DNA of 64,000 bases from Pristiophorus japonicus (lineage: Eukaryota): the NCBI RefSeq assembly GCF_044704955.1, contig NC_091998.1, forward strand, positions 17,050,001-17,114,000. Reading direction: 5' to 3'. Both the position numbers and the translations under genes were made by a program. Under the pieces are notes generated by a model. That model did no database searches and was not told the origin of the DNA. It was given only the letters and a program-made list of their open reading frames with translations. Position 1 is the first letter of the stretch, and the number at the start of each line of letters is the position of its first letter. Positions 61,720 to 64,000 of this stretch are shown one piece after another.

Positions 61720-61825
61720 GCCTGATATATCCACACAAGCCCCTCCGCGACATCATCCCAAAACACATCATCACTTTCCACATGTACACTGACAACACCC
61801 AGCCAGCCCTCACCATCTCGACCTG
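61720..61825 (+). mobile_element. L2 RT fragment
   Basis: PLRDIIPKHIITFHMYTDNTQ resembles the L2 PLGDII..FHMYADDTQ motif. Confidence 0.65.
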
Positions 61826-62456
61826 CGAGGGGACACCACCGTGGGTCGGGAGGATAAAAGAGTTGGAGTGACCACTGCAGCATCCAACGGGAGCTGCTAC
61901 AAGTATGCGACGGCTTAGAAGTGGGCGACTGGATGACATCATCAAAACCCAGGTCGCTGTTTGGAAGTTATATCCATCATGGGAATGAATGCATGTCATT
62001 GGTTTCAAAGGGGAAGCCGTTTCTGTTCCTTAGCAAAGTTACTCAAGCTGACGAGTCCAATATTTATTTACACACACAAAATATTTATATACACACACAC
62101 ATGACACTCACCCATCTACACTCCAAGGACTGCTTGTGTTTCAAATCTGCAAATAGCGAACAAGTGCAACTTTATCAAAACATACCACATTCTTAGATTC
62201 AAAGCCATGTGAAATATGTTAACAAGCATCAATCTATAATGAGGCCTGAGGGTATGCACGTACAAGTCTCTCCTCTTGGTGTTTAAAGTTGTCTTTCTCC
62301 AGGATTTAATTTACATACATTTCAGTGAGTCGTGTATGCACCTCACATTTGCTCACACTTTTCCCTCCCTCACACCAGCTCTAACTTCATGTAACTCAGG
62401 ATCATATGTTCAGCTACACTTCTGCCACAAACATTACACTGCCTCCTATTGAATTA

Positions 62457-63293
62457 TCATAGAAACATAGAAAATAGGTGCAGGAGTAGGCCATTCAGCC
62501 CTTCTAGCCTGCACCGCCATTCTATGAGGTCCCCTCTCATTCTTCTGAACTCCAGTGAATACAAGCCCAGTTGATCCAGTCTTTCTTGATAGGTCAATCT
62601 CACCATCCCGGGAATCAGTCTGGTGAATCTTCGCTGTACTCCCTCAATAGCAAGAATGTCCTTCCTCAAGTTAGGAGACCAAAACTGTACACAATACTCC
62701 AGGTGTGGCCTCACCAAGGCCCTGTACAACTGTAGCAACATCTCCCTGCCCCTGTACTCAAATCCCCTTGCTATGAAGGCCAACATGCTATTTGCTTTCT
62801 TAACCGCCTGCTGTACCTGCATGCCAACCTTCAATGACTGATGTACCATGACACCCAGGTCTCGTTGCACCTCCCCTTTTCCTAATCTGTCACCATTCAG
62901 ATAATAGTCTGTCTCTCTGTTTTTACCACCAAAGTGGATAACCTCACATTTATCCACATTATACTTCATCTGCCATGCATTTGCCCACTCACCTAACCTA
63001 TCCAAGTCACTCTGCAGCCTCATAGCATCCTCCTCGCAGCTCACACTGCCACCAAACTTAGTGTCATCCGCAAATTTGGAGATACTACATTTAATCCCCT
63101 CGTCTAAATCATTAATGTACAATGTAAACAGCTGGGGCCCCAGCACAGAACCTTGTGGTACCCCACTAATCACTGCCTGCCATTCTGAAAAGTACCCATT
63201 TATTCCTACTCTTTGCTTCCTGTCTGACAACCAGTTCTCAATCCACGTCAGCACACTACCCCCAATCCCATGTGCTTTAACTTTGCACATTAA
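62457..63293 (-). mobile_element. 5'-truncated CR1 with a ~315-bp internal deletion
   Basis: ORF 62457-63290(-) is nearly identical to ORF 3-839 and reads from GDLIE directly into the 3' UTR. Confidence 0.95.
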
Positions 63294-63409
63294 TCATAAA
63301 CTGCCATTAACTTCACTAGATGCTTCTACTAAACTTTCACCATTATGATCAACATATAGCATGGCACCAACACTGGTGAATGAAGAACTTTATTTCATTC
63401 AGTCCAGTA

Positions 63410-63730
63410 TTCATAGGCGGTCCCTCGAACGAGGATGACTTGCTTCCACACAAAAGGGATGAGTTCGCAGATGTTTCAATGAAGGACCCGATGGTTCAGT
63501 TCTGAACTCCAATTGAGGGGGTGAAAGATGCCTGTGCATGGATTTTTAAAAAAAACGTGTGGTGACCATTGCACATCAGCCACCACACGAGCTTGACAGA
63601 GCTAGGCCTTTATCCAGTGGCAAGGGTTAACCAGGACGACTGGAGACCTGCTCTGCTGCACAGACCTAGTGCGCACACATATCTGCTCTTCTGGGCCTTG
63701 TACCCTCGTTTGCCGCATCTCTGCCACAAT
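63410..63730 (-). mobile_element. Non-autonomous RTE-tailed retroposon, copy 3 (5'-truncated)
   Basis: cataggcggtccctcgaacgaggatgacttgcttccac tail. Body homologous to copies 1 and 2. Confidence 0.82.
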
Positions 63731-64000
63731 TGCCATTGTATTAACACCACAAAAGACAAATGATGCAGAGAGAGATCTCAGCTGAGATAACCAGAGGAAG
63801 AGACAATTCTGGCTTCAACTGATTCTTCTTTGCATTTTGGAGCATGATGCCTGATGCCAAACTCCCCTTTGGATTGGAGTTCAGCCATTCAGTGAGCGTA
63901 CATCGACTTCCCTGACACTTCTACCCATTGAGACAGCAATCAATCAATCAATCATCAGTTACATTCAAATGGTAATAGAAAAATACCTTAGAATCAAACA

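Overview
Eukaryotic (vertebrate) genomic DNA, not prokaryotic. The repeat content (CR1 LINEs with (TTCTATGT)n tails, Deu-domain SacSINE1-like SINEs, RTE and L2 remnants) suggests a cartilaginous fish; this is an inference. About half of the window is decayed transposable elements and I recognise no intact host gene. Main structures: (i) a ~20 kb nest in which a Harbinger-like DNA transposon (split Myb/SANT gene on +, HARBI1-like transposase remnant on -) contains Gypsy A (4287-20331, TSD CTTTT), which contains antisense Gypsy B (7058-18686, TSD ATAAC), which contains two CR1 LINEs; (ii) Gypsy C (26077-30753, -), whose 3' LTR has become a 258-bp palindrome with two U3 ends; (iii) a multi-copy non-autonomous element that appears to join an RTE 5' region and ORF start directly to the RTE 3' tail; (iv) a 2.2-kb TIR element with a 3-bp TSD and extreme G/purine-rich repeats; (v) a TE-poor ~10 kb block (51-61 kb) with Pbx-Hox/Meis motif clusters and weak exon candidates. 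Most ORF-track entries are TE fragments, antisense shadows or chance ORFs. I found no convincing new enzymatic system; the best novelty candidates are structural. All alignments and counts were done by eye.
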